From: Cytophagales bacterium
Lineage (GTDB): Bacteria; Bacteroidota; Bacteroidia; Cytophagales; VRUD01
Length of the DNA: 64,000 bases
Assembly (NCBI GenBank): GCA_019456305.1
Contig: VRUD01000001.1
Span: 9,717 to 73,716, forward strand
Direction of reading: 5' to 3'
Program-made: the position numbers and the translations under genes
Notes under the pieces: model-generated
Told to the model about the DNA's origin: nothing
Seen by the model: only the letters and a program-made list of their open reading frames with translations
Database searches by the model: none
In this document: positions 51,978-60,470 of the stretch, in pieces
Layout: the number at the start of each line of letters is the position of its first letter
Position numbering within the stretch: the first letter of the stretch is position 1

Positions 51978-52763
51978 TTAAATGCAGTATCTATTCCATA
52001 TCTCCCATGCCTTCTCCGCCTGCAAATACAACATTTCAAGCCCGTTTTTAATTTTAGCTCCTTTTTCTTTTCCTTTCCTTAGAAACAAAGTTTCTTCGGG
52101 ATTATACACAAGGTCAAAAAGGAAATGCGAATGATCAATTGCCTTGTATGGTATGTCAGGGCATTTATTCACATCCGGGAACATGCCTAAAGGTGTTGCG
52201 TTGATTATTAATTTATGTTGTTTTACTATTTCTTCAGTTAGTTCATTATATTGGGTACTGAGTTCTGGGTTCTCGGTGCTGGGTTTTTGGCGGGAAACAA
52301 GTTGATAATCTATACCAAGGTTTTTAAATACTATGCTGACAGCTTTTGCCCCTCCCCCGGTTCCCAGGATCATTGCTACTAAATTTTTGGACGAATCTCC
52401 TGGCAAAAATTTCAACAAAGATTCTTTGAAACTAACTACATCTGTGTTGTAACCAATAAGCTTTGAACTTTGAACTTTGAACTCTGAACTCTGAACTTTT
52501 ATCGTATTAACAGCACCAGCTTCTTCAGCTATTTCATCCAGTTCATCTAAATAAGGAATGATTGATTCTTTATAGGGAATGGTAACATTTAAACCGGTTA
52601 TATCCGGATTATTTTTTATAAAATCAGGAAAATCACTTATTTGTTTTAATTCAAATAGTTCATAACAAGCATTTTTTATGCTTCCTTTATTAAACTTTTC
52701 TGTAAAATACTGTGATGAAAAAGAATGGGTGAGGGGAAAACCTATTAATCCAAAAGTTCTCAA
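51978..52763 (-). CDS. aroE: Shikimate dehydrogenase
   Basis: GLIG.PL.HS.S, NVTIPYK, GAVNTI...GYNTD and GTGGGAKA motifs. It carries two heptamer-repeat tracts in frame. Confidence 0.9.
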   Translation of the reverse strand: MRTFGLIGFPLTHSFSSQYFTEKFNKGSIKNACYELFELKQISDFPDFIKNNPDITGLNVTIPYKESIIPYLDELDEIAEEAGAVNTIKVQSSEFKVQSSKLIGYNTDVVSFKESLLKFLPGDSSKNLVAMILGTGGGAKAVSIVFKNLGIDYQLVSRQKPSTENPELSTQYNELTEEIVKQHKLIINATPLGMFPDVNKCPDIPYKAIDHSHFLFDLVYNPEETLFLRKGKEKGAKIKNGLEMLYLQAEKAWEIWNRYCI

Positions 52764-52871
52764 AATAGTTTTTGGTTTATTATACTCTAAATGAGATAAA
52801 TTCGTGTATTCTAACTAAAAACTGACCAACCATAACCGGAAACCATCAAACTAAAACTATTAACCAATAAA

Positions 52872-53807
52872 CTAATAACCATTTTTTTGTTCTGCAAATT
52901 TTTCAATGCCCCAAATAGTCAAAACACCAATAATCATTAAGGCGACAGCCACCAGGGTCGCTCCGGATAAATCTGGAATGAACCACTGATAACTCTGTAC
53001 AAGAGGTTCTCCATGACGCAAAATGCTATTTCCGTATTCATCTTTCAGATATATTTCGTTTTTCCACGGCCATAAAATACTCAATGAACCCAATATAAAA
53101 CCGGTTAAAATAGCTATGGTTCCCTCCTTGTAATGTTTGAAAACATAAGATAATAGATGTGAAAATGCCAGTAAGCCGAACACACATCCTAAAGCAAATG
53201 GAATCAATACAACCATGTTAAGCTCGGTTATTGACGTCAATACGAGCATATAATTGCCCATGAGGAGCAAAACGAACGAACCCGACAAACCGGGCACTAT
53301 CATACTGCTTATCGCAGCAATACCACAAATAAAGAGATAGACAGTATTGTGATTTTCACCTGCCGGGTTGAATAAAGAGATACCCGCAGCAATAGCGGTT
53401 CCCGTCACCAACATAAGAAAAACACCAACAGACCATTTGCCTATTGTCTTGCCCACAAAGAATACTGATGCCAGGATAAGCCCGAAGAAGAACGACCATA
53501 AAAGCACAGGGTGATTTTCGAACAGCCATTCAAGCAATTTGGCTAAACTAATTATGCTGATGGCTATTCCAATAAAGACGGCTAGAAGAAATTCTAAATT
53601 TATATGTTTGGAAAGCCGGGCGATTTTACCCCCTGCCAGCAGCTTAACTGCCTGCATATCAAAGGACTTTAAAGAGTCAATCAATGTCTCATATATCCCT
53701 GTTATAAAGGCAATTGTGCCACCGGAAACACCTGGGATAACATTTGCAGCGCCCATTGCCATTCCCTTGAAAGCGAGTATTAAATAATGTCGAAAGGGTT
53801 TGCTCAT
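52872..53807 (-). CDS. DUF368-family membrane protein (polyprenyl-phosphate transporter family)
   Basis: PGVSGGTIAFITGIYE near the N-terminus and a second PGLSGSF half-repeat. About 8 TM segments. Confidence 0.75.
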   Translation of the reverse strand: MSKPFRHYLILAFKGMAMGAANVIPGVSGGTIAFITGIYETLIDSLKSFDMQAVKLLAGGKIARLSKHINLEFLLAVFIGIAISIISLAKLLEWLFENHPVLLWSFFFGLILASVFFVGKTIGKWSVGVFLMLVTGTAIAAGISLFNPAGENHNTVYLFICGIAAISSMIVPGLSGSFVLLLMGNYMLVLTSITELNMVVLIPFALGCVFGLLAFSHLLSYVFKHYKEGTIAILTGFILGSLSILWPWKNEIYLKDEYGNSILRHGEPLVQSYQWFIPDLSGATLVAVALMIIGVLTIWGIEKFAEQKNGY

Positions 53808-53925
53808 AAAAAAGTAGGTAGCAGCAATTGACAGTGGTAGTCCCTACGCCTACGAATTACGAATTTCCCGAATTACGAATTCGTAATTCTTAGGAAAGGC
53901 GCTCTATGAAAAAAATAAACATAGA

Positions 53926-54693
53926 TTATTTATCAGAATCTAAAAAAAAGGTCAAAGTGTCGCTTCTCAAACCTAACCGTAAAGTTTCAAGGGGGATAAC
54001 TTCCCTGGGTGCGATATTTCCGAGATTTACGTTTGTGCCGAGCAGCTTAATAAACCAAACCTGTTGCGCTTTTTGGGGCGCTTCCCAGATTATTTTTTCA
54101 AAAGGTATTTTTGTGAGTATCTCTTCAACCAATCCACTCCTGACTTCTCCGGTAGATCTGAAAAGCCCCACATTTCCACTTTCGCGGGCTTCTCCAATCA
54201 CTTTCCATGCTCCTGCTTCTAATTCTTTCTCCATCAGCTCAATCCACTTATAGGGAGGGATGATCTTTTCAGCATCTTTTGAACCAACTTCTGACAGCAC
54301 CGTAACCTGCCCGCAAAGCTTCCGGATATATTCACATTTTTGATCATGGTCTATTTCTATTGAACCATCAGATACTTCGGCAAAGGTCATGTTATATTTG
54401 TCCAGCACCTTTCTATAATCATCAAACTGGTCTCTGAGGATAAAGGTTTCAAAAAGGGTGCCTCCAAAATAAACAGGAATACCGGCTTTACGATAAACTT
54501 CAAGTTTTTCTTTAAGGTTTGGTGTTACAAAAGAGGTACCCCAACCCAGCTTTATAATATCAATATAATCGCTTGAAACTTCAAGTAAATCCTCAGCTTC
54601 TCTAACACTGAGTCCTTTATCCATTACCATTGTGTAGCCGTATTCACGTTTTTTTTTCGTTCTTTCAGGTATGTTAGTCAGGATGTAGTTCAT
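53926..54693 (-). CDS. comA: Phosphosulfolactate synthase (ComA) family protein
   Basis: The pattern GYTMVMDKGLS....DLLEVSSDYIDIIKLGWGTS......L..K...Y...GI.VYFGGTLFE is typical of PF02679. Confidence 0.75.
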   Translation of the reverse strand: MNYILTNIPERTKKKREYGYTMVMDKGLSVREAEDLLEVSSDYIDIIKLGWGTSFVTPNLKEKLEVYRKAGIPVYFGGTLFETFILRDQFDDYRKVLDKYNMTFAEVSDGSIEIDHDQKCEYIRKLCGQVTVLSEVGSKDAEKIIPPYKWIELMEKELEAGAWKVIGEARESGNVGLFRSTGEVRSGLVEEILTKIPFEKIIWEAPQKAQQVWFIKLLGTNVNLGNIAPREVIPLETLRLGLRSDTLTFFLDSDK

Positions 54694-54752
54694 TTTATTA
54701 TGATAAGCTAAGGTTTAAAATTAAGTTTGGCAAATATCTGAAAAAAAATTTA

Positions 54753-54804
54753 AAATGCCTAAAAGAAGAAATGCCTAAAATGAAAAATGCCTAAAATTTT
54801 AGGC
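54753..54804. repeat. Three AATGCCTAAAA words ending in the palindrome TGCCTAAAATTTTAGGCA
   Basis: Words at 54754, 54770 and 54786. Perfect 18-bp palindrome at 54787-54804, just downstream of the epimerase stop. Confidence 0.75.
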
Positions 54805-54817
54805 AATATAAGCATTT

Positions 54818-55975
54818 TTACAAGCCATACCTTCTTTTTAATTCATCACACGTCCATCTTATGGTGTCATTGATGTCTCTGAAATTCAAGCCTTCTTTTC
54901 CGTTAGACAGGCTTAATAAATTCCTTATCTTTCCATTATTGTAATGCAATGAATTTAAAGATGATTTTACAATATCTTTAGTGACCAAGGGCGGCTTTCC
55001 TGTGAAAAGAGATCTTATTATTTCAAATCTCCATGCAATACCACCCCAAAATGGTGATACCATGATATTGGGTTTTCTTTTATCAAAATTCAGCGCAATA
55101 ATATCAAATAATTCCTTATAAGATATTTTACCGGCAAAAATTAAGTACCTTTCATTATTTATCCCGGTATTGATCAACTGCAGCGTGATTTCAGCCAGAT
55201 CCCTCACATCAATATAATGCACCTCCCGGGTAGTATAAAAAGGATATTGTTTCCATACATATTGAAATATTTTTGAACTGCCTTTTTTCCAATTACCAGG
55301 ACCTAATACCACTGCCGGGTTTAATATAACGGCATTGAGTCCTTCTTCTATGCCTCGCCATACTTCCATTTCCGCAAGATATTTTGTTTGGGCGTATAAT
55401 GACACTTCTTCATAGACTGAAAATTGGATTTTTTCATTAATACCAGCCTTCCCCCCACTATTCCTTACCGAATCGGTGAATGGGTGAATCGGTGAATCGG
55501 TGAATTGCTTCGTTTTTCTTCTCTCCGTTTCTCCGATTCCCCGTTTCTCCGTTTCAGGAGGGCTGGTGTGGCTGCCGCTTATTCCCCGTTTCTCCGATTC
55601 AGGGAGGCTGGTAGGTTTGCCTATTGCCGCAACCGAACTTAAATGACAAAGTTTTTTTACACCTTTTTTGATACATACATTTACAATATTTGAGGTACCC
55701 TCTACATTTGTTTTGAATATTAATTTCTTGTCATGGTAAGATAATGAAACCATGGCAGCCGTATGGATAACCGTATCAACGCCTTCAATACTTTTTTCTA
55801 AACCCGTAATATCAAGTATATCTCCTTCTATCCACTCGATTTTATCAGCAATATCAGCAACGAGAGACAGATCGCTCGTTTTTCTTTTTAAAGCGCGCAG
55901 GCGATTGCCTTGCTGTAGTAATTTTCTGGCTATAAAACTCCCTACCAAACCAGTGCAGCCGGTGATGAAAAACAT
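54818..55975 (-). CDS. NAD-dependent epimerase/dehydratase (SDR) family protein
   Basis: GCTGLVG Rossmann motif at the N-terminus and a YAQTK catalytic Y..K. An insertion of about 50 aa lies between SSVAAIG and the YxxxK region. Confidence 0.8.
   Translation of the reverse strand: MFFITGCTGLVGSFIARKLLQQGNRLRALKRKTSDLSLVADIADKIEWIEGDILDITGLEKSIEGVDTVIHTAAMVSLSYHDKKLIFKTNVEGTSNIVNVCIKKGVKKLCHLSSVAAIGKPTSLPESEKRGISGSHTSPPETEKRGIGETERRKTKQFTDSPIHPFTDSVRNSGGKAGINEKIQFSVYEEVSLYAQTKYLAEMEVWRGIEEGLNAVILNPAVVLGPGNWKKGSSKIFQYVWKQYPFYTTREVHYIDVRDLAEITLQLINTGINNERYLIFAGKISYKELFDIIALNFDKRKPNIMVSPFWGGIAWRFEIIRSLFTGKPPLVTKDIVKSSLNSLHYNNGKIRNLLSLSNGKEGLNFRDINDTIRWTCDELKRRYGL
55450..55605. repeat. Expanded copy of the CGGAGAAA-word element, in frame in the epimerase
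   Basis: Its rc contains CCTGAATCGGAGAAACGGGGAAT...CGGAGAAACGGAGAGAAGAAAAACGAAGCAATTCACCGATTC..GGTAAGGAATAGTGG. It encodes ..PESEKRGISGSHTSPPETEKRGIGETERRKTKQFTDSPIHPFTDSVRNSGG.. Confidence 0.85.
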
Positions 55976-56009
55976 ATTTCTGATTATTAGTTGTTATACC
56001 CGATGCCAA

Positions 56010-56046
56010 CCCTGTTAAATAATCCCGAGTACTCAGGATAACAGGG
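56010..56046. repeat. Hairpin CCCTGTTA..ATCCCGAGTACTCAGGAT..TAACAGGG
   Basis: Core at 56022-56039, located between the epimerase start and the kmo stop. Confidence 0.75.
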
Positions 56047-56089
56047 TAAATATACGAATGAATGTGAATTATACGAATTTAATCCAAAA

Positions 56090-57571
56090 CTAAATATCTG
56101 ATGGTATAAACGACTGGGCATATTTGTTCCGAATCAATTCATCAATGAGACTTTCAACTTCCTCACTATCCCATTTTTGTTCTATATCCTCAATAGTAGT
56201 GATTTCTTTGAGCATTTTATCCTGTTCTTTGCCGATCCGCATAGCTTCAGCATAGGGGATATGGCTAAACATGACCATAGAATATAAGGGAGTAAATTTA
56301 TCAGGGTATGATTTATGGATCTTTCTTTCAAGATTTTTTCGTACTAAAAATTTAGGGTCTCCTACCAGGTCGCGCATTTCAATAAAATTCTGAAGTGCCA
56401 GTTCTGAAATGGCATCCGTATTGGGTTTACGGTTTTTTTCATATTCCTTAAAAATAGTTTCCCACCGTTCTCCCCCGATTGGGTCGTTCCTGCCATCTGG
56501 GCAGGCATACTTTCCCATCAGTTCATTTAGCACTGTTATGTCTTCAAAGCCAGCGATCATTCCCTGGCCGTAAAAGGGAACGATAGCGTGGGCAGCATCA
56601 CCGATCATAGCTACCTTATCTTTGTATGTCCATGGAAAGCAGCGAATATAGCAGAGTGATGAGGTAGGGTTGGCAAAATAAGTTTCAGTCAAAGCAGGCA
56701 TCAAGTCCGCGGCATCAGGGAAGGTTTGAAAAAACTTCAGCAGATCCGATCCTGTTTTTATGGAGTCAAAAGAGGTTGTATCAGTGCCTGTTCCGGAAGA
56801 ATCAGTAGTGTCAGGTGTTTGGTAGAGACGCCCAATTTGGTCGTCTCTACCAAACACCTGACGCCAAGGTAAAAATAAGGTACAGGTAAAGCTCCCATCT
56901 GCATTGGGCAGGGCGATCAGCATATAGTGTTTTCTAGGCCAGATATGTAAGGCATTTTTTTCCATAGCCCAACTGCCGTCAGCGGCAGGCGGAATGGTCA
57001 ATTCTTTATAACCATGTTCAATATAAGTTTGTGCATAATTAAAACGATCGGTCATTTGCATTACACTCCGTATTTGTGAAAAGGTGCCATCAGCGCCAAA
57101 TACCAGGTCACTTTTTACATCTGAGACAGCTCCTGTCTTTTGATTTTCTACTTTGATCACAGCTTCTTCCAAATCAACATCCACGCATTTTTCGTTGAAA
57201 TGAATGGTAGTGTTAGAATTTTTTTCAGCATGGTTCATCAGCGTTTTATTGAGCCCGCTGCGAGAAACAGCGTATATGGCGTCATCTTCTTTTCCGTAGG
57301 GTTGAAAAGAAAGTTCGCCATTGACTGCATGTATCATCCTGCCGCGCATGGGTATGGCTGCCTTGCGGACTTCTTCACCAATGCCCGCATCATCCAGCGC
57401 TTTCCAGCCCCTGGTAGAGCAGGCAAGGTTAATAGACCTGCCGGCAGGTATTTTTGCTTTTCGCATATCGGACCTGCTTTCATAAACATCTACCTGATAG
57501 CCCTTTCTTCCCAGGTATATGGAGAGCAGTGAGCCGATAAGCCCTGCGCCTGTTATGGTGATGTGCTTCAT
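56090..57571 (-). CDS. kmo: Kynurenine 3-monooxygenase (FAD-dependent)
   Basis: ITITGAGLIGSLLSIYLGRKGY FAD fold, GDAAHAIVPFYGQGM motif, and a C-terminal helical region. It carries a hairpin insertion in frame. Confidence 0.85.
   Translation of the reverse strand: MKHITITGAGLIGSLLSIYLGRKGYQVDVYESRSDMRKAKIPAGRSINLACSTRGWKALDDAGIGEEVRKAAIPMRGRMIHAVNGELSFQPYGKEDDAIYAVSRSGLNKTLMNHAEKNSNTTIHFNEKCVDVDLEEAVIKVENQKTGAVSDVKSDLVFGADGTFSQIRSVMQMTDRFNYAQTYIEHGYKELTIPPAADGSWAMEKNALHIWPRKHYMLIALPNADGSFTCTLFLPWRQVFGRDDQIGRLYQTPDTTDSSGTGTDTTSFDSIKTGSDLLKFFQTFPDAADLMPALTETYFANPTSSLCYIRCFPWTYKDKVAMIGDAAHAIVPFYGQGMIAGFEDITVLNELMGKYACPDGRNDPIGGERWETIFKEYEKNRKPNTDAISELALQNFIEMRDLVGDPKFLVRKNLERKIHKSYPDKFTPLYSMVMFSHIPYAEAMRIGKEQDKMLKEITTIEDIEQKWDSEEVESLIDELIRNKYAQSFIPSDI
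56810..56862. repeat. 53-bp nested hairpin in frame in kmo
   Basis: GTCAGGTGTTTGGTAGAGACG (56810-56830) is the perfect reverse complement of 56842-56862, with loop CCCAATTTGGT. It encodes ..RQVFGRDDQIGRLYQTPD.. Confidence 0.9.
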
Positions 57572-57622
57572 TTGAATAATACAAATTTACGAAAATATCA
57601 TTTTTAAAATAAATTTTTTAAC

Positions 57623-57630
57623 TAAATTTG
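57623..57630 (+). promoter_or_regulatory. -7 box TAAATTTG within a ~30-bp motif duplicated at 58342-58372
   Basis: TTTTTTAACTAAATTTGCGTTACTTTGTATGTA versus CTTTTTAATTAGATTTGCGTTACATAGTATGTA. Confidence 0.4.
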
Positions 57631-57668
57631 CGTTACTTTGTATGTAAAAAATATTTACTGATATTACT

Positions 57669-57893
57669 ATGAAAATTAAGGAAAAAAAACTAACAAATTT
57701 ACAGTTAGAGTTATTAGAACTATTTAATTATGGCCTAACCGAGCAACAACTAAAGGATATAAAGTATCTATTGACTAAATACTTCGCTAAAAATGCCACT
57801 GATGAGATGGATAAGATTTGGAAGGAGAAAAGGCTAACCAATAAGACTATGGATGAGTGGTTAGATGAGCATTTAAGAACTCCATATAAATAG
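57669..57893 (+). CDS. Putative antitoxin of the PIN toxin
   Basis: 74-aa helical protein ending 9 nt before the PIN gene. Confidence 0.5.
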   Translation: MKIKEKKLTNLQLELLELFNYGLTEQQLKDIKYLLTKYFAKNATDEMDKIWKEKRLTNKTMDEWLDEHLRTPYK

Positions 57894-57902
57894 TGTCAAC
57901 TA

Positions 57903-58316
57903 ATGAAGGTAGTTTTAGACACTAATATTTTACTTGTTTCAATCCCTAAGAAGTCAAAATATAGATTGATTTTTGATGGTGTGATTGATATGAGATATGA
58001 TTTGGTTGTGAGTCATGAAATTTTATTGGAGTATGAAGAAATAATTATACAGAAAACAAGTCAAATTGTCGCAAGTAATATTGTTGAATTGCTTGTAAAG
58101 GCTGATAATGTTGAAAAAAGAGAAATATTTTATAAATGGAATTTAATTGAGGCAGACAAAGAAGATAATAAGTTTGTAGATTGTGCGATTGCTGGCGGAG
58201 TTGATTACCTGGTATCCAATGATAGCCATTTTGACGTGTTGAAAAATATTCATTTTCCTCCTGTTACCCTCCTTAAAATAGATGAATTTATGAAAATTTT
58301 GAAAAACCTTGAATAA
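57903..58316 (+). CDS. PIN-domain toxin (TIGR00305-like)
   Basis: The VVLDTNILLVSIP start and ..EDNKFVDCAIAGGVDYLVSNDSHF supply the acidic PIN residues. Confidence 0.75.
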   Translation: MKVVLDTNILLVSIPKKSKYRLIFDGVIDMRYDLVVSHEILLEYEEIIIQKTSQIVASNIVELLVKADNVEKREIFYKWNLIEADKEDNKFVDCAIAGGVDYLVSNDSHFDVLKNIHFPPVTLLKIDEFMKILKNLE

Positions 58317-58672
58317 AAAAAGGAGAAATCTGGGAAATAAACTTTTTAATTAGATTTGCGTTACATAGTATGTATGGATAAACAGATAAAATAGAAGATA
58401 AATATGATTACTATATTAAAATCAGAATTAAACAAAATAATGAAGATTTTGAAACATGGGATGACTATATAGAATGGAAAGCATACAATGAATTGTTAAA
58501 GGATATCAACAGTGGAAATATTAAAATTGCTGGAGAATGGTGAAAATATAGATTCGTATACTATATTGGATTTTAGGAAATGGAAAGATGGTTTTTATTA
58601 CAATGAAAGTTACGAAATATCATTGGAAGATGTTTTAACAATTATTGAAAGAACTTTTGACTCTGACCAATA

Positions 58673-58707
58673 AAAAAAGGGGCGCTCTGTGATTGCCCCT
58701 TTTTTTT
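58673..58707. terminator. Bidirectional intrinsic terminator
   Basis: AAAAAAAGGGGC-GCTCTGTGATT-GCCCCTTTTTTTT between convergent transcription units. Confidence 0.6.
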
Positions 58708-58725
58708 GAAAATTTTTCATCAAGA

Positions 58726-59199
58726 TTATTTTTGGACGTAAATTTGATAATCTTGAGGATCCTGGTCTTTAGTTGTTACACCACCAAGCCACATTTCTTT
58801 ACTCTTAAGTTTAAGGATCTTGGTACCCCAAAAATCATTACTACCTTCCAATTTTAGCATAAGTTCCGTCTTATCATCACTAAATTCCCAAACTCCATTT
58901 GCGGTAGTGGTAACAACATTGCCAGTAATAGGATCGATAGAGCCATTAATCCATACAGCTTTTCCATCTTTTGTATATTCAGTGGAACCAGCGTCCCTGA
59001 TTTTTTGACAATCTGCGTCACATGTAACTTCTACGCCATCGCTAAAAACTTTGTCAAGTTTCCAGACGTTAACTACTCTGCCTTTTTTACCGGCAAGGCT
59101 TAATGCCGGCCCTTCTTCATATTTTTTACAAGAAGAGAATGAAAACGCCATTGCAAAACCCATCGCAACAGCAATTAATTTTAAATTTACTTTTTTCAT
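58726..59199 (-). CDS. Lipocalin-like lipoprotein (paralog family A)
   Basis: Lipobox ..FSFSSC|KKYEEGP and VVNVWKLDKV motif. 157 aa. Confidence 0.6.
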   Translation of the reverse strand: MKKVNLKLIAVAMGFAMAFSFSSCKKYEEGPALSLAGKKGRVVNVWKLDKVFSDGVEVTCDADCQKIRDAGSTEYTKDGKAVWINGSIDPITGNVVTTTANGVWEFSDDKTELMLKLEGSNDFWGTKILKLKSKEMWLGGVTTKDQDPQDYQIYVQK

Positions 59200-59406
59200 G
59201 ATTTAGTATGTTTAAGTTAAAATGTTAAAAATTTTTGCAAAAGTAGGTATAAATATTTACAATGCAAATATTTTGGAAAGTTTTTTAAAAAAAAAATGTC
59301 TGAACTATGATTCTCAAGATTAAAGGTAAATTGTTATTACAAGTGACATGTTATCCATTGTTTCTAAAATTGTTAAACCTGTGAAATCATTACGCTCTAC
59401 CCTATG

Positions 59407-59424
59407 CCCCGCCAGCTGGCGGGG
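59407..59424. terminator. Perfect palindrome CCCCGCCAGCTGGCGGGG downstream of the SPOR-like gene
   Basis: 18-bp perfect palindrome flanked by CTATGC(G/C) words. Confidence 0.45.
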
Positions 59425-59441
59425 CCATGCTCTATGCGCAA

Positions 59442-60077
59442 TCACATCGCACCTTCCAGCACTTCTTTAATAGGCACTCTCTTGCCATCTTTGTAGGAGA
59501 CGATCCAGGCATCCTTTACGCCCATCTCGCGGAGATATTTTTTAAACCTGTCAGCTTCCCAGTAATCTCTGAAGACCATGAGCGTATATTTTTTAACGCC
59601 ATCCTCGTCAACATCACCGGTGAAATTTGGGTGGTCTTCGAAATATTTAGTCAGGTCTTTATTTCGGAATGCACCGATCTGCACTTTGAAGACTACGCCT
59701 TTAAAGGATTGGTCCAGGTCAGGTGGAGCATCTGCTACTTCAGGCGCTTTCTCGGATTCAGTCTTTTCTAATTTTTCTTTTATTAACACATATCTCTGCT
59801 CTGAGTCTTCAAGTTTTTTCTTCATCTTTTTGATCGTATTATCTTTTGTTTTCGTTTCTTGTTCCAGGTCCGATATCCGGCCGTTCAAATTACTTACCTT
59901 GCCCTTCAGAGAACCAAGCTCTTCCACCATCCTTTTATAATCAAGCGGGTCAAGCTTTTTCTTCTTTTTCTTCCAGGTTTTATATTCCCTCTTTCTTTCT
60001 TTTTTACTCTGCGCTGCAGTATCTGTAAAAAGTGATAGTGCAAAGAGTACGGACATTAAGATTATTATCTTTTTCAT
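59442..60077 (-). CDS. Coiled-coil protein with a C-terminal SPOR-like domain
   Basis: Signal MKKIIILMSVLFALSLFTDTAAQ, then a KE-rich coiled coil. The C-terminal FKVQIGAFRNK...Y.....F......A......L...G..DAWIV fits SPOR. Confidence 0.6.
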   Translation of the reverse strand: MKKIIILMSVLFALSLFTDTAAQSKKERKREYKTWKKKKKKLDPLDYKRMVEELGSLKGKVSNLNGRISDLEQETKTKDNTIKKMKKKLEDSEQRYVLIKEKLEKTESEKAPEVADAPPDLDQSFKGVVFKVQIGAFRNKDLTKYFEDHPNFTGDVDEDGVKKYTLMVFRDYWEADRFKKYLREMGVKDAWIVSYKDGKRVPIKEVLEGAM

Positions 60078-60470
60078 ATTGTTTGAATTTATTTCCACGA
60101 TAATACGCAAAAATACATTAATTGTTTGATTAATTTGCAAATAATTAGATAGCTTTTCAGGGCTCTTTATCCTTCAGGTTAATTATACATCTATGATACC
60201 TGCCATTACCAGAATAGCTAAAATCATAAATAATACTCATACAATTGTCGTTTTCTAACCCTATTTTTTATTCTTCAGGTTTTTGGCAAAGAACTCTATG
60301 TAGATGATTCCCGCTAATGCGAAAATACCTGCTACAATGAAAAAAATTGTTAAATATATTATTTTACACCTCCTTTAAATCTAATCTGCTTGCAAATATA
60401 AACAACATAATACTAACAAGCAAGCCAGCAGAGAATAAATAGATAATGAAACAATAGAACAATGCAACAG

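Noticed and set aside
53906-54253. 115-aa + strand ORF opposite the ComA-like gene. The same applies to 63750-63950 opposite radA.
   Set aside because: Both are antisense to well-supported genes and have no motifs.
60241-60370. Possible small TM peptide on the - strand (..YLTIFFIVAGIFALAGIIYIEFFAKNLKNKK*), preceded by a TATATTTG box and an AGGAGG.
   Set aside because: There is no ATG, GTG or TTG start in frame after the upstream stop, so I cannot support it as a gene.
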